A stretch of 64,000 bases of DNA from Gemmatimonadota bacterium (GTDB lineage: Bacteria; Gemmatimonadota; Gemmatimonadetes; Gemmatimonadales; Gemmatimonadaceae). Every line of letters starts with the position of its first letter. Position 1 is the stretch's first letter. A program made the translations under genes and the position numbers. The DNA lies in the NCBI GenBank assembly GCA_040389905.1, contig JAZJZK010000014.1:32001-96000 (forward strand), given 5' to 3'. Shown in pieces: positions 1 through 9,939 of this stretch. A model generated the notes under the pieces. That model did not search any database. It had not been told where the DNA came from and saw only the letters and a list, made by a program, of their open reading frames with translations.

Positions 1-1
1 G

Positions 2-625
2 GGGCGCATTCTGCTCGATGGCGTGGACATCCGTGACTATGATCTCGCATCGCTCCGCGCAGCGATTGGCGTCATCTTCCAGGATTTCGTCCGCTACGAT
101 ATGCGCTTCGACGAGAATGTCGGCGTGGGTGAAATCCAAAGCGTGACCGCGTATCTCGAACAGGTGCGCGACGTCCCGCCACGTGAGGCCGAGAAGCCGC
201 CTGAGGCGCTCGTCGACGCTGCCGATCGCTCGCTTGCCTCGAGCCTGCTACCTCGCTTTGGCGACGGGTACCGGCAAATGCTCGGCCGCCGGTTCGACGA
301 CGGCGTGGACCTCTCGGGCGGCGAATGGCAGAAGATCGCGCTCGCGCGCGCCTACATGCGCTCGGCGCAGTTGCTCATCCTCGACGAGCCGACGGCGGCG
401 CTCGACGCACGAGCCGAGTACGAAGTCTTCGTCCGCTTCAATCAACTCATGGCGGGACGCATGGCGGTGGTGATCTCACACCGGTTTTCCACGGTGCGCA
501 TGGCCGATCGCATCATCGTGCTTGCGCACGGCAAAGTCGTGGAAGAGGGCACGCATGCGTCGCTCGTTGCGTCGGGCGGCGTGTACGCGGAGCTCTTCGA
601 GATGCAGGCGAAAGGATATCGCTAA
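2..625 (+). CDS. ABC transporter ATP-binding/permease protein, C-terminal part (5' end outside window)
   Basis: Frame open from position 2 (GRILLDGVDIR); signature LSGGEWQK, Walker B LILDEPT, H-loop ISHRFS. Confidence 0.93.
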   Translation, partial: GRILLDGVDIRDYDLASLRAAIGVIFQDFVRYDMRFDENVGVGEIQSVTAYLEQVRDVPPREAEKPPEALVDAADRSLASSLLPRFGDGYRQMLGRRFDDGVDLSGGEWQKIALARAYMRSAQLLILDEPTAALDARAEYEVFVRFNQLMAGRMAVVISHRFSTVRMADRIIVLAHGKVVEEGTHASLVASGGVYAELFEMQAKGYR

Positions 626-628
626 AGA

Positions 629-1021
629 CTATTGCGTGCGCGAAATCAGCTGAATGACGCCGCCACCGTACTGCGACCCGAACTTCGACACCGCCTCGGT
701 ACTGCTGAAATAGCGAATCTCGGAGAACCGTTCCGGCTGGAGATTCCGTAGCGTCTCGGGTATCCCGTACTCCTGCTCATTGAGAAAGACGATAGCGCGC
801 TCGCGCTTGTTCGTCTTGATCGACACCGTGCCGCGGTCCTTCAGGTAGTCGGCGTGGAGACGGGCGATGAGATCATAGACATTCGACGCACGCGTCGAGT
901 CGATTTCATCCTGTGTGATGACGTTGCGCGCGGTCCGCGCGGCTGCCTGTTCCGGCGTTTGCTGGTGGCAGGCGAGCGTAGCCACGATGAGGAACGAAGC
1001 GCCGACCATCGTCTTTCGCAC
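629..1021 (-). CDS. Small lipoprotein resembling a stand-alone TonB-plug-like domain
   Basis: GTG start after GGAGG; lipobox TLAC; plug-like segments VITQDEI...NVYDLI and KFGSQYGGGVIQL. Confidence 0.6.
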   Translation of the reverse strand: MRKTMVGASFLIVATLACHQQTPEQAAARTARNVITQDEIDSTRASNVYDLIARLHADYLKDRGTVSIKTNKRERAIVFLNEQEYGIPETLRNLQPERFSEIRYFSSTEAVSKFGSQYGGGVIQLISRTQ

Positions 1022-1110
1022 GTGGTGCCTCCCGTGAGTGGAAGCGTGAAGGACGAACGGCCCCGGACGAACCGGAGCCGCTCGTTCTCACAATTTACTC
1101 TCGCCCGGCC

Positions 1111-2505
1111 TCAGGAACAGGTGGGCGCGATCGACGTGGTGTTGCGCGCATCGAGTTCACGCTTCGGGATCGGGAGCGTGGTCTGGAAGACGTCCTGCGT
1201 CGTTTCCTTCTTGAGGAAGGTGGCGTTCAGGCGCGTGTATGCCCGAAGGTCCACGAGCCGGTGTGCGTTCTCGCCGAGCAGCGAGTACCGCTTCTCGTAA
1301 AGGACGGCATCGATCGCCAGCTTCTTCGAGGCCGGTACGGCAATCGCCGCTAGTCCACCGTCAGAGGCGCGGACGGTGTTGATGTCGGCCGTGGCACCAA
1401 TGAGGTCGCCGAGCTCGATCTTGACCTGCGCGCGGAGCAGCAACAGCTCCGACGTCTTCAGAACCGGAATGGAGCGCGTAAGCGCGCCAGCCGGATCGGT
1501 CGCAACCGCCTTGTACTTCGACGTCACCTGGTTGAGCGTCTTCGACGTGACCGTAAGGATCTTGGCCGCACGCGTATCGCCAGCCTGAAGGCTGTCACCC
1601 ACCGCAGGATTGAGGTAGATGTTCGCATCGGCGAGCGGATTCGTGGACTCGTTGGCGGACGTGCTGTACGTGTTGTACAGACCGCCGTCCGGCCCAGCCG
1701 GCGCGCCGGTGAGTGCCGCATTGAGCGCCGTCAGCGCCGTGGCGAAGCTTCCCGTATTCGGCTTGGAGTGATCGAGACCACGATATAGCTCGACCTTGCC
1801 CTTCAGCCCGCGATTGAAGCGGAGGAACGCGGTCGGCGTAGTAAAGCTGCCATTCGACGAGAAACCAGCGGGCAGCGTGAACGGGAACGACGCACCACCC
1901 GCCGCGAGCTGTGTCGATGCAGTATCCAGCAACGCCGAGATGTACGTCAACGCGTTCGGCTTGCAGACGAACGCCGCCGGCGGATCATCGATCGGATGGT
2001 TGACATCGATCGCGATGCCGAGCGAATCACGCGTCTCGAGCACGCGATAGTAGGCCAGCGCCTTGAACGTGTTCACGAGTCCCTGCGTCGCCGACGCTTC
2101 GGCCGTCGTCAGGCCAGTGGCGGTGGGCAGCGAATTGAGAATCGTGTTCGCGGAGCGGATGGTGACGTACATGCCGGAGAACGCACCGCCGCCGGTGAAC
2201 GCCGAGAAATCGGCCGGCCCGCCGATGATCTCACTGATGTAGCGCGCCTCGGCGTTGTCGAGACGGTAGAAATCGCGCGCCATCGTCTCCGTGAAGACGA
2301 GATAGCGCGAGTCGAGCTCCCCGCGCGACGCGTTCAACAGGCCGTTGACGAGCAGGCCGGTGGACGCGCGCGTGAGGCCACCAGAGATGGCTTCTGCGGA
2401 GACGTTATTGAGGTCGCCGACCGACGTCGAGTCCTTGCACGCTATAGCGGCAAGACCCAGTGCGGCGATGAGCGCCAGTGTTCGGTTGTGTATCATGAGC
2501 TTCAT
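1111..2505 (-). CDS. SusD/RagB-family outer membrane lipoprotein
   Basis: Lipobox AIAC; C-terminal LYEKRYSLLGENAHRLVDLR and LPIP motifs; directly downstream of SusC. Start may be 2496. Confidence 0.85.
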   Translation of the reverse strand: MKLMIHNRTLALIAALGLAAIACKDSTSVGDLNNVSAEAISGGLTRASTGLLVNGLLNASRGELDSRYLVFTETMARDFYRLDNAEARYISEIIGGPADFSAFTGGGAFSGMYVTIRSANTILNSLPTATGLTTAEASATQGLVNTFKALAYYRVLETRDSLGIAIDVNHPIDDPPAAFVCKPNALTYISALLDTASTQLAAGGASFPFTLPAGFSSNGSFTTPTAFLRFNRGLKGKVELYRGLDHSKPNTGSFATALTALNAALTGAPAGPDGGLYNTYSTSANESTNPLADANIYLNPAVGDSLQAGDTRAAKILTVTSKTLNQVTSKYKAVATDPAGALTRSIPVLKTSELLLLRAQVKIELGDLIGATADINTVRASDGGLAAIAVPASKKLAIDAVLYEKRYSLLGENAHRLVDLRAYTRLNATFLKKETTQDVFQTTLPIPKRELDARNTTSIAPTCS

Positions 2506-2524
2506 CCCTTGTTGGATGGGTCGA

Positions 2525-5500
2525 TTAGAAGTTGGCGCTCAGCGAGAAGAAGATGCTGCGACTTGGCGGGTACGGCGTCACGTCCTGGAAGCGACCGATG
2601 TTCTGGTTGCTGAAGTTCGAGACTTCGGGATCGTAGCCCGTGTACGGCGTCCAGGTCTTGAGATTGCGAGCACTGACTTCCAGACGAACATCCTGCGTGA
2701 TGGACGAGAAGATCGTTTGCGCGAGGGAACGCGGCAGCGTGTACGACACCGAGATTTCGCGCAGCTTGAGGAAGCCTGCCTTCTCGAAGTACGACGCTCC
2801 CTGCGTGAGGAAGGCCGTGTTGCGCGCGTGAGCGGCTGCCGTATCGGCCAGTGCGCCGAGGTTGTCCGCCGTTGCCTCGTCGTAATAGATGTTGGTCAGG
2901 TTCGCGACGTAGCCACCGCTCCGCCAGTCGAGCAGGCCGTACAGGCGCACGGCGCCGAAATTGAACTCGTTGGAGAAGCCCATGGTGAAGTCCGGAGCGC
3001 TCTCGTAGTTCGTGATGCGCCGCGCGCGGCTCACATACGTGCCGGTGCTGCAGGTGCCAGCAGGTCCGCACGAGAACGTCGAGTCATAGCCGTTGCGCGC
3101 TTGCGCCGTGGACGGCGAGTAGCCCTGGCAGACATACGGTGCGCCGTAGGCGGTGCCGAAGTAGCTGCCGCCGTTGAAGCATGGCACATCGAGACGCGTG
3201 ATGCGGCCGTCGACGTTTGCATACGTCGTGCGGGACACCCAGCTGAAGTCACCGCGCTGGATCGGCGTGATGTTCAGCCCGATTTCCGTTCCGGTGTTCT
3301 GCAGTGCGCCGCCGTTGATGAGGCGCGTGGTGAAGCCAGACGTGTTGGCAACCGTCGCCGAGAGAATGAGATCCTCGACGTTCTTCTTGAACATCGTGAA
3401 GTCGAACGCCACGCGGCCGTTCAACATCTGGGCATCGATGCCACCCTCGATCTCCGTCGAGAGCTCCGGGCGGATGTTCGGCGAACCGGCGGTCGTCGAC
3501 GGACGTGCGCCGAGCTGGCCGCCGTACACCGAGATCGGCAGCGTGGTGAACTTGTAGCCGTACGGCGGCTGGTTGCCTGCGCGGCCCCAGGCGAAGCGCA
3601 CCTTGAGTTCGTCCGTGTACTTCGGAAGCATGGGCAGGCGGTACGACGCCGCCGCCTTTGGATAGTTGTAGAACTTCTTGTCGTCGCCGTTGACGCTCGA
3701 CCGCTCGGCATTGATGGCCCCCGTGAGGAGGAGCCGTTCGTTGAGCGCGAGGATTTCTTCCTGGGCGAAATACGCGAAGTCCTTCACGAGGTATTGCAAC
3801 TCGTTCACGTTCTGGACGACGCCGTAGTCGACATCGGTCACCCCAGCCGGAATGTTGCGGCCACGGTTGGTGATCCCGTCGTACTGGCGACGCTCCTGCC
3901 GCAACCCGAACGAGGTTGTGAGCGTTCCCCGATCCGCGATGAGCTTGTGTGCGCCGGAGATGTTCAGGTTCGCGTTCACGTTCTGCTGCTTCACACGAAC
4001 GAGCGTGCCCGGCAGCCCGTCGTTTGCCTCGAAATACACATCCGGCGGCGAAGTGAGGTTCGAGTTGTAGGAATACGCATCGACGCCGCCGATGAAGGTG
4101 AAGTCGAGCGTCTGACGCTGCGTCCCATACGCCGACAGCGTGGTATTGATGCTGCCGATATAGCGGTAAACGTCTTCCGGATTCTTGATCAGGTCCGCGT
4201 TCTGGAAGGGATTGGATCCCGACGAGAGGTACGGATTACGCCCGCCAGCGGCGAGATTCTCGAACGTGGGCGTCGCGGAGAAGACGTCGCCGGGGGAGAC
4301 GATGTCGGCGTTGTCGTTTCCGGAGATGCCGCGGTCGGTGAGCGAGTGCACGAACTCGTTGTTCGCGCGCAGCGTCAGCTTGGAGCCGACGACCTGGCTC
4401 ATGTTCGCGGTGAGCGACTGCTTCTGGTAGTACGAGTTCCGCTGAATGGCGTTGTCGCGCTTGGCGAGCCCGCCCACATAGTACGTCGTGCCGCCGTTGC
4501 CGCCGCGCAGTGACGCGTTGCTCTCGTACGACATCGGGTTGCCGCCGTAGAACTGGTCCTCGAAGTCGTTGCACTTCGTCGCGGCAGAGGTCCATGCGCC
4601 AGGGTCGAAGCCCGCCGCTTCCGCTTCCGCGGCCGAACCGTAGCAGCGGAAGTTGAGCTTGTTCGACATCGTGAATTGGCCCATGCGCTGCGTGATGTTC
4701 GCTGAGGGCTTGCCAGTGGAACCGCGGCGCGTCGTGATGATGATGACGCCATTCGACGCCTTCGAACCGTAGATCGCGCCCGCCGATGCACCCTTCAGCA
4801 CTTCGATGCTCTCGATATCCGCCGGATTGATGTCCGAGATGCGGTTGACTGGCTGATCCTGGCTCGTCGCCACACCACTTCCGGCCTGTGTGATGGAGTT
4901 CAGTCCGGAAAGGATCTGGGCGTTGTTCGCCAGAACGCCGTCGATGACATACAGCGGGCTGGACGACGCGTTGATCGATGTCACGCCACGGAGCTGAATC
5001 TGCGAGCCGCCGCCCGGGGCACCGGAGTTCGTCGAGATGACGGCGCCCGGAATCTTACCCTGGAGCGCGTTTTCAATCGTCGGCGTTGGCGCCTTGTTGA
5101 GCTGCTCTCCGCTCACGGCAGCAATAGCATTCGCCGAATTCGCCGAGGAGATGCTTGTCGTTGTTCCGGTGACCACCTGACGCTCCAACTCGAGCACGTC
5201 CTTCTCGAGCTTCACCTCGATCTGGTCAGCGGTGGCCGCAAGGGGCTGATTCACACGCTTGTAACCGAGACGCCGCACGACAAGCACCTGAGCGCCGGCC
5301 GGGACGTTGACGAGTGTAAAACGACCGTCTTCGCCAGAGTACCCGCCGATGGTCGTTCCTTGAACTGAGACGCTGGCGCTGGACACGGGCTCGCCGGCAT
5401 TGCCGACAACTCGACCCGTGACGCGGCGCTGCGCCGAGGCTTCCGTACTGACGACAACCGTCAGGAGAGCCGCGCAAACCCACGATACGATCTTCCTCAC
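2525..5500 (-). CDS. SusC/RagA-family TonB-dependent receptor
   Basis: GTG at 5500 after GGAGG (ORF-track extension to 5617 rejected); carboxypeptidase-regulatory-like N-domain, PLYVIDG, DIESIEVLKGASAGAIYGSKASNGVIIITT, YTGYDPE, terminal F. Confidence 0.95.
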   Translation of the reverse strand: MRKIVSWVCAALLTVVVSTEASAQRRVTGRVVGNAGEPVSSASVSVQGTTIGGYSGEDGRFTLVNVPAGAQVLVVRRLGYKRVNQPLAATADQIEVKLEKDVLELERQVVTGTTTSISSANSANAIAAVSGEQLNKAPTPTIENALQGKIPGAVISTNSGAPGGGSQIQLRGVTSINASSSPLYVIDGVLANNAQILSGLNSITQAGSGVATSQDQPVNRISDINPADIESIEVLKGASAGAIYGSKASNGVIIITTRRGSTGKPSANITQRMGQFTMSNKLNFRCYGSAAEAEAAGFDPGAWTSAATKCNDFEDQFYGGNPMSYESNASLRGGNGGTTYYVGGLAKRDNAIQRNSYYQKQSLTANMSQVVGSKLTLRANNEFVHSLTDRGISGNDNADIVSPGDVFSATPTFENLAAGGRNPYLSSGSNPFQNADLIKNPEDVYRYIGSINTTLSAYGTQRQTLDFTFIGGVDAYSYNSNLTSPPDVYFEANDGLPGTLVRVKQQNVNANLNISGAHKLIADRGTLTTSFGLRQERRQYDGITNRGRNIPAGVTDVDYGVVQNVNELQYLVKDFAYFAQEEILALNERLLLTGAINAERSSVNGDDKKFYNYPKAAASYRLPMLPKYTDELKVRFAWGRAGNQPPYGYKFTTLPISVYGGQLGARPSTTAGSPNIRPELSTEIEGGIDAQMLNGRVAFDFTMFKKNVEDLILSATVANTSGFTTRLINGGALQNTGTEIGLNITPIQRGDFSWVSRTTYANVDGRITRLDVPCFNGGSYFGTAYGAPYVCQGYSPSTAQARNGYDSTFSCGPAGTCSTGTYVSRARRITNYESAPDFTMGFSNEFNFGAVRLYGLLDWRSGGYVANLTNIYYDEATADNLGALADTAAAHARNTAFLTQGASYFEKAGFLKLREISVSYTLPRSLAQTIFSSITQDVRLEVSARNLKTWTPYTGYDPEVSNFSNQNIGRFQDVTPYPPSRSIFFSLSANF

Positions 5501-5735
5501 ATCGCCTCCGAGAACGATATGGGTGGACGTGCCGGACGAGATATCCGGCAGCTGGTTTGTTGAGCCCGAAAAACAAGGAGGCGAAGGCAACACTGGGGAG
5601 ACAGTGATGCTCATCACCCCGCTCCGGGCACATATGTTTTAAGGTTGAAACGATCCTCTGTCAACCGTGTGACGCGGACGGCGTAGACTGAGTCTCCGAT
5701 TCGATTAAGAATTCTTAGTGCGCCGTCGCACCGGG

Positions 5736-6878
5736 TTATTCGAGCCCGGACGCGGAGGCGCGCGGCGCTGTTACGCGGGCAAGTAACGCCCCTAATTCCC
5801 GGCGCACACCGATGCGGTGCGCTATCTGAATGCCGGTGACGCCGAACTGCCAGTTCGCTTCGATGATGATTGGGCCCGCCGGCGTTAGCGCCACGTCCCA
5901 GCCAAGGGCGGGCAGTTCCGGGAATGCGAGCGCGGCTCTCCGTACCAGGGTCAGGAGTGCCTCCCAATCCGGAAGTTGAACATCGGCTACGCGTGCACCA
6001 GATACGGGGTGGACGTCGGAGGGGCGAAGCACGTCACTCGGATCACGCCGCCCGACGCAGTGGCGAAGCCGTCCCGATGCGAGATCGATGGACGCAATCG
6101 CCGTCGTGCCTCCTCCGTCCCGAAAATTGTCGGTAGTCTGGCCGGCTCCGGGAATCTTGAGATGAGCCCACCGGATTGCGACACCGTCGTCAGCACCCAG
6201 GAATGAGTGAATGCGGACGGTACCGAGCCCAGGGCCGGGCATCAGCTCGTGCAGACCCGCGTGCGGTGGAATGCGGCGCTGAATCAGCCACAGAGACGGC
6301 GAACGATGCTGGGCCGCGAGCCAGGGAAGGAGCGCGCCCGCATCGAACAGCTGGCCATCCATCCGCGGAATACCGTGACGAATTGTTGCGCCATGGACAC
6401 CGTACCCCAATCCCCCGTACACCAACTTGATGATGACGGCGGCGTCTCCAATGCCTCGAAGCATGGAGTGGAGTTCGTCGGCCGAACGCGCAACGGCTCC
6501 CTGCCATGGCGTGACCTCAGACGCGTCCGTCACAATCACACCCAGGATTTCTCCCGTCGGCAATCCGGCCTCGGCGCAGCGGGCAGCAAACGCCAACTTG
6601 TTCTCTTCGAGATACCGCCAGTGCGGAACGGTGGTCTGACGCTGCAGTGGAATCACCGCTGCGTCGTCGACGTAATCGCCATAATGCGACGGATGCACAT
6701 CGACGAGCCCCGCGTCCGCAAAGAATCGCGGGTTTCCGCCGTACCGAAGTCGAAAGATGGCGAGCGTGTGGATGACCTGGTGGATCGGCCGACGACTTAC
6801 CCGCTGGACGCCGTGAACGATGCCCGCGTACGAGCGCGCGGACTCGATCCACCTTCCTATGCGCGAGTCTCGCGGCAT
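5736..6878 (-). CDS. ATP-grasp ligase, sugar-transfer-associated (ATPgrasp_ST)-like, paralogue 2
   Basis: ENKLAF, KLVYGGLGYGV, IQRRI..H, TVRI, TDNF, HPVSG, GWDVALTPAGPIIIEAN. Confidence 0.85.
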   Translation of the reverse strand: MPRDSRIGRWIESARSYAGIVHGVQRVSRRPIHQVIHTLAIFRLRYGGNPRFFADAGLVDVHPSHYGDYVDDAAVIPLQRQTTVPHWRYLEENKLAFAARCAEAGLPTGEILGVIVTDASEVTPWQGAVARSADELHSMLRGIGDAAVIIKLVYGGLGYGVHGATIRHGIPRMDGQLFDAGALLPWLAAQHRSPSLWLIQRRIPPHAGLHELMPGPGLGTVRIHSFLGADDGVAIRWAHLKIPGAGQTTDNFRDGGGTTAIASIDLASGRLRHCVGRRDPSDVLRPSDVHPVSGARVADVQLPDWEALLTLVRRAALAFPELPALGWDVALTPAGPIIIEANWQFGVTGIQIAHRIGVRRELGALLARVTAPRASASGLE

Positions 6879-6896
6879 CGTGCGACGGGAGCCTCG

Positions 6897-8048
6897 TTAG
6901 TGCCGATCGGGACGATACGGTCGCGGCGCGGCAATACTCGCGAACAGCCGCTCGAATTCCGATCGAATGCCGGTGCGGAGTGGGATCTGGATGATCCCTA
7001 CCCCGAATTCCCAGTTGGCTTCGATGAGGAGCGGGCCCGCCGGCGTTACGGCCACATCCCAGCTCAACATCGGGAGCTCCGGAAAGGCGCGCGCGCCGGC
7101 ACACGCGAGTTGCTTCAGCGCTTCCCACTCAGGCACACGAAATCCCGACAATGTCTCCCCCGACGCCGGGTGCGTATCGAACCGTCGGATGAGGGATTCG
7201 TTCCGTGGCCGATGCACGCAATATTGCAATGTTCCACCTTCGAGATTCACGGGCGCAATCGACGCCAAGTTCGTTCCACCCTGGAAATTATCCGTGATGC
7301 GTCCAACGCCGGGCATCTTGAGGAGCGGCCACCGTAACTCAACGCGTCCGTCAGCAAGCAGGAAGGAATGAATGCGAATGGTCCCGAGACCGGGACCGGG
7401 CATCAGTGGCAAGAGATCGGCGTGGGGAATACACCGACGCTGAATCAACCACAACGAGGGCGGCTGGTGTGGCGGCTTGGGGCAGGATGCGAGCAGCGCG
7501 AACAGTGCCGCCGCATCCCCTACACCGCCCTCGCTCAGCGGCACGCCACCGCGAATAGCGACGCCAAACACACCGTGACCGCTTCCACCGAAGACAAGCT
7601 TCACGATGACATCGGCATCCCCGATGCTGCGAAGCAGGGCGTCCAACTCGGGCGCGGTGCGCGCGATCGGCCCGGTCCACGGCGACGGAATGGAGGCATC
7701 GGTGGCGATGACGCCCAGCAATTCCCCGCACGCAAGGCCCGCTTCCGCACAACGCTGGGCAAATGCGAGCTTGTTCTCTTCAAGATGGCGGAACTCTGTC
7801 GGCGCCAGTGCCTCTTGCCGCGGGCGAACTTCCTCGCCTCTGATGTACGCGCCGTAGCAAGACGGATCCTGATCCGCCAACGAGGCCTTTCCGAACATCG
7901 TCGGGCTACCGGAGTCGCGAAAGCGATAGATGGCCAGCCGATAGAGTATTCGGTGCAGTGGATGCCGCCCACCGGCGTGAATTGCGCTGACGGTGTTCCA
8001 GTACACCGTGGCAGATTCGACCCTGCGCCTCCAGCGTTCAAACGTCAT
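6897..8048 (-). CDS. ATP-grasp ligase, ATPgrasp_ST-like, paralogue 1
   Basis: ATG at 8048 (MTFERW) aligns with the N-terminus of the neighbouring paralogue; same motifs (KLVFGGSGHGV, TDNF, WDVAVTPAGPLLIEAN). Confidence 0.85.
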   Translation of the reverse strand: MTFERWRRRVESATVYWNTVSAIHAGGRHPLHRILYRLAIYRFRDSGSPTMFGKASLADQDPSCYGAYIRGEEVRPRQEALAPTEFRHLEENKLAFAQRCAEAGLACGELLGVIATDASIPSPWTGPIARTAPELDALLRSIGDADVIVKLVFGGSGHGVFGVAIRGGVPLSEGGVGDAAALFALLASCPKPPHQPPSLWLIQRRCIPHADLLPLMPGPGLGTIRIHSFLLADGRVELRWPLLKMPGVGRITDNFQGGTNLASIAPVNLEGGTLQYCVHRPRNESLIRRFDTHPASGETLSGFRVPEWEALKQLACAGARAFPELPMLSWDVAVTPAGPLLIEANWEFGVGIIQIPLRTGIRSEFERLFASIAAPRPYRPDRH

Positions 8049-8070
8049 GACGGAACGGCCCACCGCAACG

Positions 8071-9876
8071 TCATGACGCGACAGCCCATCGTTCTGATGC
8101 GGCAGGCGAGGTCGGTACGCCGAAGCTGTCGAGCAGAATCCCGAGGGTGTGAATGAGCCAGAGCGCTTCCGGGTCGCGCTCCACGATCGCCGCCCGAACG
8201 AATCCCGCGGGAAGAAGTCCGGCGACCTCATCGCACACCGTTATCTGTTCGAACGTCTCCGACATCCATTGCTCCCATGGTACTTCGAAGCCGCGCTTCG
8301 ACCATCGCGAGACATGGGGCGGATAATACAGATCGCACAGGGCACGCAAGACCGGCTTGGAGCCGTTTACGTAGCGCAACTCGCGCGGAAGCCGGCACGC
8401 CAACGCGACAACGGGCGCTTCGAGAAAGGGCGCCGCTGTCGTCAGCCCGAGCGGCTGCGACAGCCGGTCGTGCCGCAAGAGCGAACTGGCGAGGAACGTG
8501 TTCGCCTGATAGCTCTGGAGCGCATCCGCATCATCCGCATAGTCCGAGAAGTGTTGCATCGGCAAGAGTCCATGCGCGTCGCGCCCGACGACATCCAATA
8601 GGACGCGCGCCACGCCAGGCGTGTACAAGACGCGATCGAGCAACGACGCAAAGCTGACGGGGGTACAGTCCAGAACTTGAGCAAGTCGCCACGCCCGCTC
8701 GCTCTCGAACGCGCGCAGCCGTCGGGCCGCCGTGCGCCGAACGGCAGCAGGAATGCAATCGAACAGGGCGTGCTTTCGTGTGAATTGCCCGACGCGGCGC
8801 GAATCGGCCAAGCCGAACAGTACTTCCGCTCCGTCACCATGCATGACGACGTCGACATGTCCGGCGGCGGCTTCGAGCAGTTGCGCGAGCACCAGATTGT
8901 TTGCGTGCCTCGGACACTGCTCCACGCGCCGCACCATGCTGCGGACCCTGTCGTCCAGCGACGCGACGGTAACGTCCACCACGACAGATTGCATGCCGAG
9001 ATGCTCCGCGACCTCGATCGCGCGATGCATCTCGATGTTGTCGGAGTCCGGTAGTCGGCCAACGAACGCAATGCACCGCGCCGTGGTCTCGCTCGCGACG
9101 CCGGCAATGACGGATGAATCGATACCGCCACTCAAGAGAATGCCGACGCGCTCCCGACCCTCGACGATCGAGTCGATGGACGCTCGCAGTGCCACACGCG
9201 CCTGGTCGCGAAATGATTCCATGCTCGTTGCGTGCACGGATTCGGGCGCAAATGGCAAGCGCCAATACTGCCGCACGACGGGTGACATTCCACTCCCGCC
9301 CAGCCGAACGCAGAACGCCGCGGGGACTTGCGCTATCGGCGACAGCAGATGGTGCTCGCCGACCAACCATCGAGCCACGATCATCTCGCGGAGCGCGCGC
9401 TCGTCGATGTTGAGGACAACGCCGAGTGCAGCCAGCACCTTACATTCGGATGCGACGTACGCGACATCGTCCCACACGAGCCAGAAGAGCGGGCGGGAGC
9501 CGAAGCGGTCGCGAACGAGCGTGATCTCCTGCGACCGGTGGTCGAACGCGCAGAGCGCAAATGACCCCTGAAGATCGGGAAGTATCGACGCTCCCTGGTC
9601 GCCCCAGACCCGCGCCAGTTCGTCGAGTGGCGTTCCAGCGACCGCAGGTTCTCGCGCTCCGAGCCCCGCGCGACCGTCCACCATCACGAAGTGGTCGCGG
9701 CTGTCCGACACATGACCGTCGACGCCGCCGATCAAACAGAGCACATTACCGGCACGGTGCTCGCGTATGTTTCCAGGACAGCGTTCGCGCATGGCGACGG
9801 TCACCGAGTGACGCACATCCTCGGGAAGGACCGCCCCGCCGCCAGACTGAGGAAACGCTCCGAAGAGTGTTGCCAC
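8071..9876 (-). CDS. Asparagine synthetase B-like amide ligase lacking the N-terminal catalytic Cys
   Basis: RDRFGSRPLF, ASECK, PP-loop LSGGIDSS, PFL, KRGF; N-terminus is MATLFG rather than MCG. Confidence 0.85.
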   Translation of the reverse strand: MATLFGAFPQSGGGAVLPEDVRHSVTVAMRERCPGNIREHRAGNVLCLIGGVDGHVSDSRDHFVMVDGRAGLGAREPAVAGTPLDELARVWGDQGASILPDLQGSFALCAFDHRSQEITLVRDRFGSRPLFWLVWDDVAYVASECKVLAALGVVLNIDERALREMIVARWLVGEHHLLSPIAQVPAAFCVRLGGSGMSPVVRQYWRLPFAPESVHATSMESFRDQARVALRASIDSIVEGRERVGILLSGGIDSSVIAGVASETTARCIAFVGRLPDSDNIEMHRAIEVAEHLGMQSVVVDVTVASLDDRVRSMVRRVEQCPRHANNLVLAQLLEAAAGHVDVVMHGDGAEVLFGLADSRRVGQFTRKHALFDCIPAAVRRTAARRLRAFESERAWRLAQVLDCTPVSFASLLDRVLYTPGVARVLLDVVGRDAHGLLPMQHFSDYADDADALQSYQANTFLASSLLRHDRLSQPLGLTTAAPFLEAPVVALACRLPRELRYVNGSKPVLRALCDLYYPPHVSRWSKRGFEVPWEQWMSETFEQITVCDEVAGLLPAGFVRAAIVERDPEALWLIHTLGILLDSFGVPTSPAASERWAVAS

Positions 9877-9939
9877 AGCTAGCCCTCGGCGTTTACGCCC
9901 GGCATCGTCGGGTGACGAATGCCGCTAGCGGGAGCATCG

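Noticed and set aside
2345..4513. Long + strand ORF of 722 aa, and similar antisense ORFs (9919..11307, 20759..22678, 31890..33110, 53732..55243, 58142..59533)
   Set aside because: Shadow frames opposite well-supported genes in high-GC DNA; no recognisable motifs
9900..9925. Small hairpin between the monooxygenase-like and AsnB-like genes
   Set aside because: Short imperfect stem with no U-tract; not supportable as a terminator
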